Shown piece after piece: positions 55,617 to 64,000 of a DNA stretch of 64,000 nt. Source of the stretch: Candidatus Peribacteria bacterium (lineage in GTDB: Bacteria > Patescibacteriota > Gracilibacteria > Peribacterales > Peribacteraceae). The stretch covers positions 11,910-75,909 of the forward strand of contig CALREJ010000002.1 in the NCBI GenBank assembly GCA_943355155.1, read 5' to 3'. The translations under genes and the position numbers were made by a program. A model generated the notes under the pieces. It saw nothing but the letters and a program-made list of their open reading frames with translations. It was not told where the DNA came from and did not search any database. Within the stretch, counting starts at the first letter, position 1, and every line of letters starts with the position of its first letter.

Positions 55617-56306
55617 CTAATCATCTCTATTAAGAACCACCAATCCACTTTCACCATCATCAGCTCCCCGCATCCCCCGCAAACGCCCCGTCCTCACCAC
55701 TCCTCCCGGTTCATACGTCGCGATGATGACGCCGGTTTTGGAAACTTTTGAATCAACGAGCTTCAGCTCTTGCGGTTGAGTTCCATTGGAAAATAGTCGC
55801 TTGCCTGTTCCAAGGGTGATCGGATAAATCCACAGATGCATCTGATCTATCAAATGGTGTTCCATCAACGTCTGAATGAGATTTCCACTCCCCCACACCC
55901 ACAAATCCGGACCATCCTGTGTTTTCAATTTCTGTAGCTCTGCCACCACGCCTGCCCGACCATCGGGCGGGTCACCCGTCACACAGAAGGAGTTCTGCCA
56001 CGAAGGCTGGAACGATGTGTGCGACACGACGTATTTCTTTGTGCTGTTAAACGGAACCGCGACCTGATTGTCCGTTTTTGCCGTAGGCCAGTACGCGGCA
56101 AAAATATCGTACGTGGTCTTGCCGAGCAGAAGCTCGAACGGACTGCTCATGATGTCGTTCAACTTCGCATCCATCCACTCGTCTGAAGGGAAGGAGAGTT
56201 GCCAACCGCCATACGTGAAACCGTCTGAAGTATCTTCCTTCGATCCGCCCGGCGCCTGCATCACGCCATCGAGGGTAACGAATGTGGTGGTGATGATTTT
56301 TCTCAT
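55617..56306 (-). CDS. Dihydrofolate reductase-like protein (RibD C-terminal domain family)
   Basis: MRKIITTTFVTLDGVMQAPGG...LLLGKTTYDIF...LWVWGSGNLIQTL...LWIYPITLGTGKRLF. Confidence 0.8.
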   Translation of the reverse strand: MRKIITTTFVTLDGVMQAPGGSKEDTSDGFTYGGWQLSFPSDEWMDAKLNDIMSSPFELLLGKTTYDIFAAYWPTAKTDNQVAVPFNSTKKYVVSHTSFQPSWQNSFCVTGDPPDGRAGVVAELQKLKTQDGPDLWVWGSGNLIQTLMEHHLIDQMHLWIYPITLGTGKRLFSNGTQPQELKLVDSKVSKTGVIIATYEPGGVVRTGRLRGMRGADDGESGLVVLNRDD

Positions 56307-56376
56307 AGGAGGTGAGTGTAGCACTTTGTTGATGGATTCTTTTCCGAGCTTTGAGAATATGTGCGAGCTGCCACTT

Positions 56377-57480
56377 TTATTTTTGATTCCAATGCCCATT
56401 CCCCGCATACGTCGCATCGGGATCCGTCACAATCTCATCGCCATCTCTCCCTGCATGAGTGTAGACGACCATAAGAATATTCATTCTTTCTTTGCTTTTC
56501 TCAATTAAGCGCTTTGCAATCATGAAAGCTGCTGCCGATGTCCTTCCGATTGTATTCATCTCGCTTTCACCTTTATTACATTCCTCAAACTCTCTCAACC
56601 AATCACTTTGATGTACATCGGTCACTGTATCATATTGATCGGGATTCAAAAACGGCATGGGAAGCTTACCCGCTCCATCTGCTCCACTTGCTCCAAACAG
56701 AGTAATCTTGCCACTTTTTTCTGCATCTCGGACTCCATGAACACGGAGTTGCGGGAATCTCTTACGAAGTGGCTTTTCAATGCCTTTAATACTGGCTCCA
56801 TTTCCCATAACCAAAACGCTATCGAGCTTCTTTACATCCGGAGGCAGTTGCGCCCTGACTTCTCTCCCCATCGACTCGAACGCCGCAGGAGTGGATAGGT
56901 TTCGGGAATGATTGGGCAGTGCGAGTTTTTTCTCCTTGAGTAACCGTATGTTTGCTCGCGTTTTGATAATCTCTCTCAAAGTTTGCACAACACCTTCGAT
57001 GTATTCCCCATGTCGCCGCGAAATAGTCACTTCATCAACTGTGTCCTGCAGGGCTCTCACTCTCGCAAGTGGCAATTCTTCTGGAATGATAACTTGTGTC
57101 TGGTACCCAAGTATCCTTCCAATCCAACCAAGTGAACCGCCCGCACTCCCACTGGTGGCGTCGAGCAACTTCGTCTCTCCTGGTATGATATCACCTCTCA
57201 ATTCCATCTCGTGCAATAGATGAAGATAACACCGATCGTAGTGACTCTCGCCCGGATTGCCCGATTCCAATTTTGCCCAAATCGTCGATCCACTTTCTAC
57301 ATCTATTCTATGAAGTGGAGTATGTCCGATCATGCCACCCAGTGCGTCATACAACAGTTGACGAGCTTCAGCTGTGAGCGTCGCTGGTTCAGGGAAGCCG
57401 TCGCGTATCTCCTGAGTTCTAGATGCCAAGCGTTGAGCAAAAGCCGATGGTGTGTGCTGTGGAGAGTTTTGCATACCCAC
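56377..57480 (-). CDS. PALP-fold (Trp-synthase beta / cysteine synthase superfamily) protein apparently lacking the PLP lysine
   Basis: GHTPLHRI...WAKLESGNPGESHYDR (Tyr where the canonical ...GS-x-K-DR has Lys), TSGSAGGSLGW, and GNGASIKG. Confidence 0.65.
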   Translation of the reverse strand: MGMQNSPQHTPSAFAQRLASRTQEIRDGFPEPATLTAEARQLLYDALGGMIGHTPLHRIDVESGSTIWAKLESGNPGESHYDRCYLHLLHEMELRGDIIPGETKLLDATSGSAGGSLGWIGRILGYQTQVIIPEELPLARVRALQDTVDEVTISRRHGEYIEGVVQTLREIIKTRANIRLLKEKKLALPNHSRNLSTPAAFESMGREVRAQLPPDVKKLDSVLVMGNGASIKGIEKPLRKRFPQLRVHGVRDAEKSGKITLFGASGADGAGKLPMPFLNPDQYDTVTDVHQSDWLREFEECNKGESEMNTIGRTSAAAFMIAKRLIEKSKERMNILMVVYTHAGRDGDEIVTDPDATYAGNGHWNQK

Positions 57481-57608
57481 ATTTTATGTCATAATAACAT
57501 TTATCCTAATGAAATCACACATTCCCTACATATTGATAACAATTTTTTCATCTATTGTAAGCCAAAAGAACAGATGTTATACTAATATGTAGATCACTAC
57601 CTACATTT

Positions 57609-58388
57609 ATGCTTCCTGAACTGCAACAGCTCGGATTCACTCGGAATGAAGCGAATGTGTACCTTGCTGCACTCAAACTTGGGAAGTGTTCGGTGCAGCA
57701 ACTCGCGACCTCGACGGGGCTGAACCGTGTGACGGTGCATGGTATCGTCGAGAAATTTGAGGGACTGCAAATATTTCTGCGAACGTACGACGGCAAGCGA
57801 CGGAGAGTGACTCCGGTCGATCCATCGCGACTGCAATTTCTGCTGAGGAAAGAAGAGGAACAACTGGGAACAAAAAAGGCGGTGCTGGAAAACATTTTCC
57901 CAGCATTACAGGAGATGTTTGCAAAGAATCAGCGCGGTCTGGAGGTGCTGACGTTTCAAGGTGAAGAAGGCTACAGACGTATTTGCGAAGATGTTTTGCT
58001 CTCGAAAACAGAAATTCTGGAATACGCGAACATCGATCTGCTGACCAAGGCGATCGGTGGCTACATCCAGACCAATTACCTTCCTACCAAACATAAGCTC
58101 GGACTCAAAGCCAAATTTCTGTTCGTCGATACGCCCGGCGCACGCCGCTACATCCAAGACAATTACATGCATCCGCATCGCGCTCCGATGGAAGCAAAGT
58201 TCATCGATCACAAGGTATTCGACATCGATACCTACCTCGTCATCTACGACGAAAAGGTTGCGCTCCTCACGCCGTCGAACATGCATGCGGTGATCATCAA
58301 AGACAAAGCCGTGAGCGACTCGCTGCGACCGTTCTTCTTTTTCCTGTGGGAACGGGCGGGAGAAGCACTCTCGAACAAGAATTTGTAA
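57609..58388 (+). CDS. TrmB family transcriptional regulator
   Basis: LQQLGFTRNEANVYLAALKLGKCSVQQLATSTGLNRVTVHGIVEKF. Confidence 0.8.
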   Translation: MLPELQQLGFTRNEANVYLAALKLGKCSVQQLATSTGLNRVTVHGIVEKFEGLQIFLRTYDGKRRRVTPVDPSRLQFLLRKEEEQLGTKKAVLENIFPALQEMFAKNQRGLEVLTFQGEEGYRRICEDVLLSKTEILEYANIDLLTKAIGGYIQTNYLPTKHKLGLKAKFLFVDTPGARRYIQDNYMHPHRAPMEAKFIDHKVFDIDTYLVIYDEKVALLTPSNMHAVIIKDKAVSDSLRPFFFFLWERAGEALSNKNL

Positions 58389-58433
58389 AAACCCCGAACC
58401 GTGTGATCCGGGGTTTTGTATGAGAAGAAAATG

Positions 58434-59429
58434 TCACGCAGCGATCATGTGTTTGAATCGGTCGTAGAACGCTTGCGGCAGACGGTAGCACTGCTCACCG
58501 TCTACCACGACGACTTCGAGTGCGAAGGGAACGAGTCTTTCTACGTATGCCAACGCCGGATCGAACGCGTCGCCTGAACCAATATGGTTCTTGAAGAGAA
58601 ATTCATAGAAATGACGCGCAAATGCCTGAGTGTCGTCTCCATTTGGGTCAAGCTCAAACTGCACTGTTGTCGTGAGATCGGTATCTGTTGGGCCGCTAGG
58701 CAGAGAGAAAGTCACGAGGCCACCTTCTGATTTCATCAAGATGGATTGCTGTGAACGAGGGGAAAATGCGACAGCCGGACGTGCGTGCAATGTCTCATCA
58801 TACTTTTGATCCTCGGTGCCGACGCGCTCCTCTATCTCTGCAATATTCAGTGCTCCCGCTGCCTGCTCCATACGCTGTGGCGCAGTTATGAGATTTCTTC
58901 TGAGTGTGGCTGCTTGTGCCTCGAGTGCAGCTTTCTTGTTTGCCGCAGTCCCAAGCAATCTTCCAAGCATTCCTTGTGGTTTCGAACCCAGCGCTTCGAT
59001 CTGTTTTTCTATTTCCTGCAAACGAGAAGCAGTGGCCTCTGCCACCATCCCATTGGCTGCATAGGTTTCAAGAGCACCTTGCGATTGCTTCCTCCTGAAT
59101 GTCCGCGCGTCAAATGCTGCTTTGCGAAATTCATCGAGAGCACTCGGCAAATACGTCTCATCATCCGCATATGTCGGATCGGATTCGAGAGCCTCGAGTG
59201 TCGGAGGAAATGCAGTCACGACAGTCGGATCTTCGAGATCCAGAGGAACAAGATCGAGAATTTGCCTGTTACATGCTGCGATCTGCTCCTCAATTGTCCG
59301 AAGTGCTACTTCAAGCCGTGTCCGGCGACGAATAATTTCAAATCCGGAATTTCTGTCAGTTGTCTTTGCCGATGATGTGTTTGGAACTGCGTCCATAGAT
59401 AGATGGTGAAAGAAGTAATCATCTATCAC
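58434..59429 (-). CDS. Hypothetical protein (331 aa)
   Basis: Clean ORF. The central region is helical and Ala/Gln-rich. No motif recognised. Confidence 0.6.
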   Translation of the reverse strand: MIDDYFFHHLSMDAVPNTSSAKTTDRNSGFEIIRRRTRLEVALRTIEEQIAACNRQILDLVPLDLEDPTVVTAFPPTLEALESDPTYADDETYLPSALDEFRKAAFDARTFRRKQSQGALETYAANGMVAEATASRLQEIEKQIEALGSKPQGMLGRLLGTAANKKAALEAQAATLRRNLITAPQRMEQAAGALNIAEIEERVGTEDQKYDETLHARPAVAFSPRSQQSILMKSEGGLVTFSLPSGPTDTDLTTTVQFELDPNGDDTQAFARHFYEFLFKNHIGSGDAFDPALAYVERLVPFALEVVVVDGEQCYRLPQAFYDRFKHMIAA

Positions 59430-59517
59430 GGTATCCTTCGAATACTTCCAAACAACGGCTAAAAGCTGATATAAAACAGATCTTTCGCGAAAAGCATAAT
59501 TAACCTAAAATGTTAGT

Positions 59518-60345
59518 ATGTTCACGCTTGATCCCATAAGTCCCCTCACGAATGCGATTCTGGAATGTGTGTCGTTGTCGCCACGTATCAAAGTGAGTGA
59601 CCTTCATAAAACTCTTCGTGCGCAGAAGATCGATATCACACTCCAACACCTCTACAGAATTATTAATAAAATGGTGAGTGCGCAAATGATGATCAAGGAA
59701 CACGGGAACCTGAGTCTCAATCGACTGTGGATCCGAAACTTGGGACTGTTTGCAGACAGTGCGATCGCAGCACTGGAAAAAAAGGATTCGCCGATGACGC
59801 TACCAAGCAAAGAAGGCCAGCACGTCACTCTCACCGCCGATTCATTGAGTAGTATGCAGGCCGTGTGGTACGACCTGCTCGTGCACTTGCGTGAGCACCT
59901 CGGCAAAGACCAAAACCGCGTCTATAAATACTATTCCCATGCGTGGTGGTTGCTGCTTGATACCAAAAAGACTGCTAGGTTTTATAAAGCCATCGCATCC
60001 CGCGGCATCACGTGTTACTGGCTTCTAGGAAACGACACGTTCCTCGATCGCCTCGCAACAAAAGATTTTCAAAGTATCGTGCATATCAGCACAGCACGCC
60101 GCGCGGTATTCCCAACCGAAGGCTACAACGTAAACGTCTACGGCGACTACGTCCTCGAATGTATTTTCCCATCACACATCGGGAAACACTTAGAACTTCT
60201 CTTCACAAAAATCACATCCACGAAAGACTATGATCCGGTGCTCCTCGAAGACATCTTCACCATGAAAGCAAAATTCTCGATCAAGCTCTGGAAAAATAAG
60301 AAACTTGCCGTGCAGCTGGAGCAAAAGATTCGGCAGTTTTTTTGA
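59518..60345 (+). CDS. Hypothetical protein with a possible N-terminal winged helix (TrmB-like layout)
   Basis: ILECVSLSPRIKVSDLHKTLRAQKIDITLQHLYRIINKMVSAQMM resembles a wHTH. The call is by eye only. Confidence 0.5.
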   Translation: MFTLDPISPLTNAILECVSLSPRIKVSDLHKTLRAQKIDITLQHLYRIINKMVSAQMMIKEHGNLSLNRLWIRNLGLFADSAIAALEKKDSPMTLPSKEGQHVTLTADSLSSMQAVWYDLLVHLREHLGKDQNRVYKYYSHAWWLLLDTKKTARFYKAIASRGITCYWLLGNDTFLDRLATKDFQSIVHISTARRAVFPTEGYNVNVYGDYVLECIFPSHIGKHLELLFTKITSTKDYDPVLLEDIFTMKAKFSIKLWKNKKLAVQLEQKIRQFF

Positions 60346-60414
60346 AACAAGAGATGATGTTTCTATGGTAGAAATATGGGGTTCGATTCGCTGCTGGGCC
60401 TCTTGCTATTCTTT

Positions 60415-60741
60415 TCAGTTCATTGAGCCTCTGTTGATTGTTTGAGTAAACAAGTGTTCGATCGATGATCGAAAGCGTTGATAGACAGATTGTGGTGGAG
60501 TGATAACGAATTGAGTCATTACATTTGCAACAACGCAATGCTCATCAGGATAGACATCGCTGTGTTCATAACCGTCTGAAGTAGGCTGTAAACGGTGAGG
60601 ACGGATGAGAAACAAATCTCTTATTCCAACACGTACAGCTAAACCATTTTTATGTGGAGCAATGACACCGTCACAAAGATCCTGTGATCCTTGTCTTAAT
60701 CGCACAGTCTGCCCTATCAAATGTTCGAAACTCCAAGACAT
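60415..60741 (-). CDS. Hypothetical protein (108 aa)
   Basis: ORF only. Confidence 0.35.
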   Translation of the reverse strand: MSWSFEHLIGQTVRLRQGSQDLCDGVIAPHKNGLAVRVGIRDLFLIRPHRLQPTSDGYEHSDVYPDEHCVVANVMTQFVITPPQSVYQRFRSSIEHLFTQTINRGSMN

Positions 60742-60872
60742 CAGAGATATTATGAATCAATGCTTATATATTGTCAAAAATATATAATTTGCATTCAATC
60801 AAGTTGTGGAGACACAAGAAAATCGCCCATTAACTGAAGAAGATCAGGCAGTTTTTCTAGATCAACACACCC

Positions 60873-61115
60873 TCACGCCGCCACCGTCTTCCACTGACAC
60901 GCCTGCTTACACTTACTGCAGTACTGCTGACCGTATTCATGTTTTTCGCCGTGTTCGCATGCAGCATTGTGACAACTCGACCGCATGTTCAAGCGTGCGG
61001 CAGCCGTGATCACCACCGGAACCTTTTTTCCGCGCATGTGTTTTCCGCAGTACTCTTTACCACGGGTTTGCCCTTTGCATCCCTCCACTTTGCAGACGGT
61101 TTTCATCATGGGCAT
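60873..61115 (-). CDS. Small Cys/His-rich zinc-finger protein
   Basis: CKVEGCKGQTRGKEYCGKH (C-x4-C-x10-C-x2-H) plus a second Cys/His cluster, CHNAACEH...CSKCKQAC. Confidence 0.5.
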   Translation of the reverse strand: MPMMKTVCKVEGCKGQTRGKEYCGKHMRGKKVPVVITAAARLNMRSSCHNAACEHGEKHEYGQQYCSKCKQACQWKTVAA

Positions 61116-61319
61116 AGGAAACGGGGGAAAAGGAACCTAACAATGTCCATTTATACAGGAAAACATCGGCAATATCAATTATGAAGGCATCTTTCCTGTT
61201 TCAAAGAATCTCGCCCATTTGATAGCTATTCGCCTTAAACAGTGTAAGGTTGCGTATAGGAAGGCAGACAGACAGACGTGTTATCCGCTCTCCACATTGT
61301 ATTTTTTTCTACCTTTTTT

Positions 61320-61565
61320 ATGGCTTCAGGCATTATCAAGACAAAGACAGACAAGGGATTTGGTTTTATCAAGGTCGAAGGCTCCGCTGATGTCTTCTTC
61401 CACAACTCGGCATGCAACGGCATGTACGACAGCATGAATGTCGGCGACACCGTCACATTCGATCTCGTTCAGGGCGACAAAGGCCCAAAGGCTGAGAACG
61501 TTGTGGCAGGTGGCGGCGAAGGCGCTGCTTCCATGGATAGCGGCGATATGGATATGGCTGCTTAA
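61320..61565 (+). CDS. Cold-shock domain protein with an acidic/Gly-rich tail
   Basis: GIIKTKTDKGFGFIKVEGSADVFFH (RNP1-like KGFGFI and RNP2-like VFFH). Confidence 0.85.
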   Translation: MASGIIKTKTDKGFGFIKVEGSADVFFHNSACNGMYDSMNVGDTVTFDLVQGDKGPKAENVVAGGGEGAASMDSGDMDMAA

Positions 61566-61586
61566 TACGAAGCGAATCCTAAAGTA

Positions 61587-61623
61587 CCCTGCCCCTGCGA
61601 AAGTGGGGGTGGGGTGTTTTTTT
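61587..61623 (+). terminator. Rho-independent terminator after the cold-shock gene
   Basis: CCCTGCCCC-TGCGAAAGT-GGGGGTGGGG (two G-U pairs), followed by TGTTTTTTT. Confidence 0.6.
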
Positions 61624-61671
61624 AAACATTGAAACTTACAAACTTTACGCAGGCGTGTATGATCGCAAACT

Positions 61672-61896
61672 ATGAATACTCCAAGATCCAATGGCAACGA
61701 GCCCTCAAACAATGGAAAACTCGGCACACTGCCTCGTGGCATAAATCGGAGTGGTGGCACTACACACTTATGTAAACACGAATTTGTAGACTGTACTCAT
61801 TGCACACCTTTTTGGATTGATGCAGGAATGCGTTCATTTACTTGCCAGAAATGTTTTACAGTGCTGAATGAAAGTCCACCTCAGAAAAATCAATAG
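61672..61896 (+). CDS. Possible small zinc-ribbon protein (74 aa)
   Basis: CKHEFVDCTHC ... CQKC. Confidence 0.35.
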   Translation: MNTPRSNGNEPSNNGKLGTLPRGINRSGGTTHLCKHEFVDCTHCTPFWIDAGMRSFTCQKCFTVLNESPPQKNQ

Positions 61897-61905
61897 CATC
61901 GCTGC

Positions 61906-63228
61906 TCAAAACCCCAACCGAAAAGAACTCCCCTTCCCCTGCTCACTCTGCACGGTGATCTTCCATCCTTCGCTGTCGCAGATGTCTTTGCAGATCGCGA
62001 GTCCTAGGCCGGTGCCTTCTTTGTTGCGTGAGCTGTCTGCGCGATAGAAACGTTCGAAGATATGGGGAACGTCTTTCTCGCTGATGCCGATGCCCGTATC
62101 GGAAATGGTAATCGTGTTGCCGATGATGTCGACGATGATGCCGCCTTTCTCTGTGTAACGAATGGCGTTCCGGAGAATATTTCCTACGACTTTTTCGAGG
62201 GCGATGCGATGGGTGCCGATGGTGGCGCTGTGCTTGCCGATCGTGAGTGTGAAGCTGAGACCCTTTTCCTCGGCGAGAGCACGGAACGTCGGCGTGAAGT
62301 CGCGAAGGAAATCGCTCAGTGGGATGATTTCGGGTTTGCCGATTTTCATCCCGCGGGAAAGGACAAGTAATTCCTCAACGAGATTTTCCATGCGATGCAC
62401 AGCACTCTGCATGAAGCGGAGTTTTTCCTGTTGAGCGGTAGTGAGCGCACTTGCATTCACTTCGAGCAGTTCGAGCGAGCTCTTCATCACCATGAGAGGA
62501 GTGCGGAGCTCATGGCTCGCGTCCTGCGTAAATTGCCTCTCGCGTCTGAAGGCGCCGTCGAGACGCTGCAAAAATTCATCAAACGACTTTGCGAGCGAAC
62601 CGATTTCATCTTGCGGATAGTGACTTGCGAGTTTTTCAGACGGCAAATGTGTGGGGTCGATTTCACGAACCTGCCTGATAAAACGACGCAGCGGCCTCAG
62701 TGCTCTCCCCGCAAACATCGCGCTTAAACCCCCTGCAACTGCGAGCGTTCCAAAGAGTGCAAGGAACAGGACGGATGCAAGTGTTTGTTTGTACTGAAGC
62801 AACATTGTCATATCACGACCTATGACAATCACATACGGACCATAGACACCACGATAGAGACGATAATATGTGTTGTTGTACTCAACATCAGAATATCCGG
62901 TGCGACGCGGAATCGCAGGAGCCCGCAGAGAAGAATGCTCGAACACATTGCCACTGCTGTCTGTGATGATGACGAGGAAATCGAGCGACTTCACCGTATC
63001 GATTTTTTCGTACATCTGTTCTTTCCAGTCGGGCACGCCGATATCGTCGATGGTGATGGGGAGCGTGGTTTTGAGAGACGCAAACTGCACGAAAAGCAGT
63101 GTATCGATGTCATCTTCCGCCTTATTCACAAACAGTACAAATACCGATGTTCCCGCAATAACGAGCATCAGAAACACGACGAACGTAAACTGCAGCGCGA
63201 GCCGCCATTTGATGGAAAGACTACGCAT
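61906..63228 (-). CDS. Sensor histidine kinase (two TM helices, HAMP, HisKA, HATPase_c)
   Basis: H-box SHELRTPL, N-box NILRNAIRYT, G-boxes DTGIGI and GTGLGLAI. Confidence 0.9.
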   Translation of the reverse strand: MRSLSIKWRLALQFTFVVFLMLVIAGTSVFVLFVNKAEDDIDTLLFVQFASLKTTLPITIDDIGVPDWKEQMYEKIDTVKSLDFLVIITDSSGNVFEHSSLRAPAIPRRTGYSDVEYNNTYYRLYRGVYGPYVIVIGRDMTMLLQYKQTLASVLFLALFGTLAVAGGLSAMFAGRALRPLRRFIRQVREIDPTHLPSEKLASHYPQDEIGSLAKSFDEFLQRLDGAFRRERQFTQDASHELRTPLMVMKSSLELLEVNASALTTAQQEKLRFMQSAVHRMENLVEELLVLSRGMKIGKPEIIPLSDFLRDFTPTFRALAEEKGLSFTLTIGKHSATIGTHRIALEKVVGNILRNAIRYTEKGGIIVDIIGNTITISDTGIGISEKDVPHIFERFYRADSSRNKEGTGLGLAICKDICDSEGWKITVQSEQGKGSSFRLGF

Positions 63229-63910
63229 CGTCCGGAAGAGCGGTAATGCGGTATCCTGTTCCGTGCACGGTTTTGATCAGCTGCACGGGGAAATCTTTAT
63301 CGACTTTCTCACGCAGCTTTTGCATGTGCGAACGAACGACATCACTCCACAGTTCTGCCGATGCATCCCAAATGTGCGCTTCGATTTCGGCTTTCGAGAC
63401 CACGCGATCTTTGTTCCGCATCAGGAGTTCTAAAATCTGGAATAATTTCTTCGTGAGCTTGATCGATTTCCCACCACGATGTGCCTGTTGTGACTGCAAG
63501 TCGAGGGTCAAATCCCCGACACGAATGATGTGTTCTTCGGGTTGATTGGTGGAATTTCGACGAAGGAGAGATTGGATCCGCGCCATGAGTTCCTTGAGCG
63601 CAAAGGGTTTGATGATGTAATCGTCCGCACCGGTATCGAGCCCAGATACTCGATCATCGACGGTATCCTTTGCAGTAAGCATGATGATCCCAAGTTTGGG
63701 ATATTCCTTCCGCAGCGTTTTACACACAGTGAGTCCGTCCGTTCCGGGGAGCATCCAATCAAGCAATGCAATGTCATACGCATGTGCCCGCGCGAGACGA
63801 AGTCCTTCATCGCCGTCATAGGCCGTATCCACCGCAAAAGAATACTGCCGGAGATACTCCGCAATATTATCCGCAATGCCACGTTCGTCTTCGACAACCA
63901 AGATACGCAT
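63221..63910 (-). CDS. OmpR-family response regulator
   Basis: MRILVVEDE...DIALLDWMLPG...MLTAK receiver domain, with C-terminal wHTH ...LTKKLFQILELLM...IKTVHGTGYRI. It overlaps the kinase start by 8 nt. Confidence 0.9.
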   Translation of the reverse strand: MRILVVEDERGIADNIAEYLRQYSFAVDTAYDGDEGLRLARAHAYDIALLDWMLPGTDGLTVCKTLRKEYPKLGIIMLTAKDTVDDRVSGLDTGADDYIIKPFALKELMARIQSLLRRNSTNQPEEHIIRVGDLTLDLQSQQAHRGGKSIKLTKKLFQILELLMRNKDRVVSKAEIEAHIWDASAELWSDVVRSHMQKLREKVDKDFPVQLIKTVHGTGYRITALPDDA

Positions 63911-64000
63911 TTGATGACCAAGAAGAGAGCGAGAAGTATAGCAGGAATAGAAAGATAGCGTGAATAGTGGAGATGTTTGCCAAGAGAGGGAGCCTTCCAC

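Noticed and set aside
53462-57588. Shared 10-mer ATACTAATAT upstream of the 163-aa orphan (53462-53471, minus strand) and the TrmB gene (57579-57588), considered as a possible operator
   Set aside because: The 10-mer is AT-rich and contains two -10-like hexamers (TATACT, TAATAT). It is most simply explained as promoter -10 elements. A single 10-mer pair is not statistically compelling.
60361-60400. Possible tRNA, because of GGGGTTCGATTC
   Set aside because: The flanking bases (TGGGG / CGCTG) cannot form a T stem, and no acceptor or anticodon arm can be drawn. I kept it only as a possible tRNA remnant or att scar in the findings.

Overview
This 64 kb window looks like a reduced bacterial chromosome of the CPR/Patescibacteria type; the lineage call is an inference from gene content. 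It is densely packed, mostly with housekeeping genes:
- Replication and repair: recA, dnaB, uvrC, a DciA-like gene.
- Envelope: mraY, uppP, an LCP protein, three glycosyltransferases, an SLH/Calx-beta surface protein.
- Central and nucleotide metabolism: gap, fbp, nadK, folD, pyrG, a CBS-less guaB, add, hppA.
- Translation: rpsP, rplI, rplY, hpf, proS, prmC.
- Transport: an ABC-2 exporter, an orphan family-5 substrate-binding protein, a Na+/H+ antiporter, mscL, a ZIP transporter.
- Regulation: one OmpR-type two-component pair.

Three tRNA genes can be folded by hand: Val-TAC, Glu-CTC, and a long-variable-arm tRNA with an unexpected GAU anticodon. I saw no rRNA genes and no CRISPR array.

Accessory or unusual content:
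1. A tight four-gene operon at 37005-43399 encodes proteins with no recognisable domains, centred on a 1375-aa multi-pass membrane protein. This is my best candidate for an undescribed system.
2. A small, visibly GC-richer integrative element (about 22156-25174) carries a large serine recombinase and abuts the odd class II tRNA.
3. A HEPN-like (Rx4H) gene sits directly downstream of tRNA-Glu, in an AT-richer patch.
4. UvrC carries an inserted GNAT domain, MraY has a two-helix insertion, and a PALP-fold protein lacks the PLP lysine.
5. Several families of short intergenic repeats occur, including tandem heptamers that place stop codons in all three frames just after ORFs, and an interleaved inverted-repeat element upstream of uppP.

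All calls rest on reading the translated ORFs and the DNA by eye. No database search was run, and start codons are approximate.
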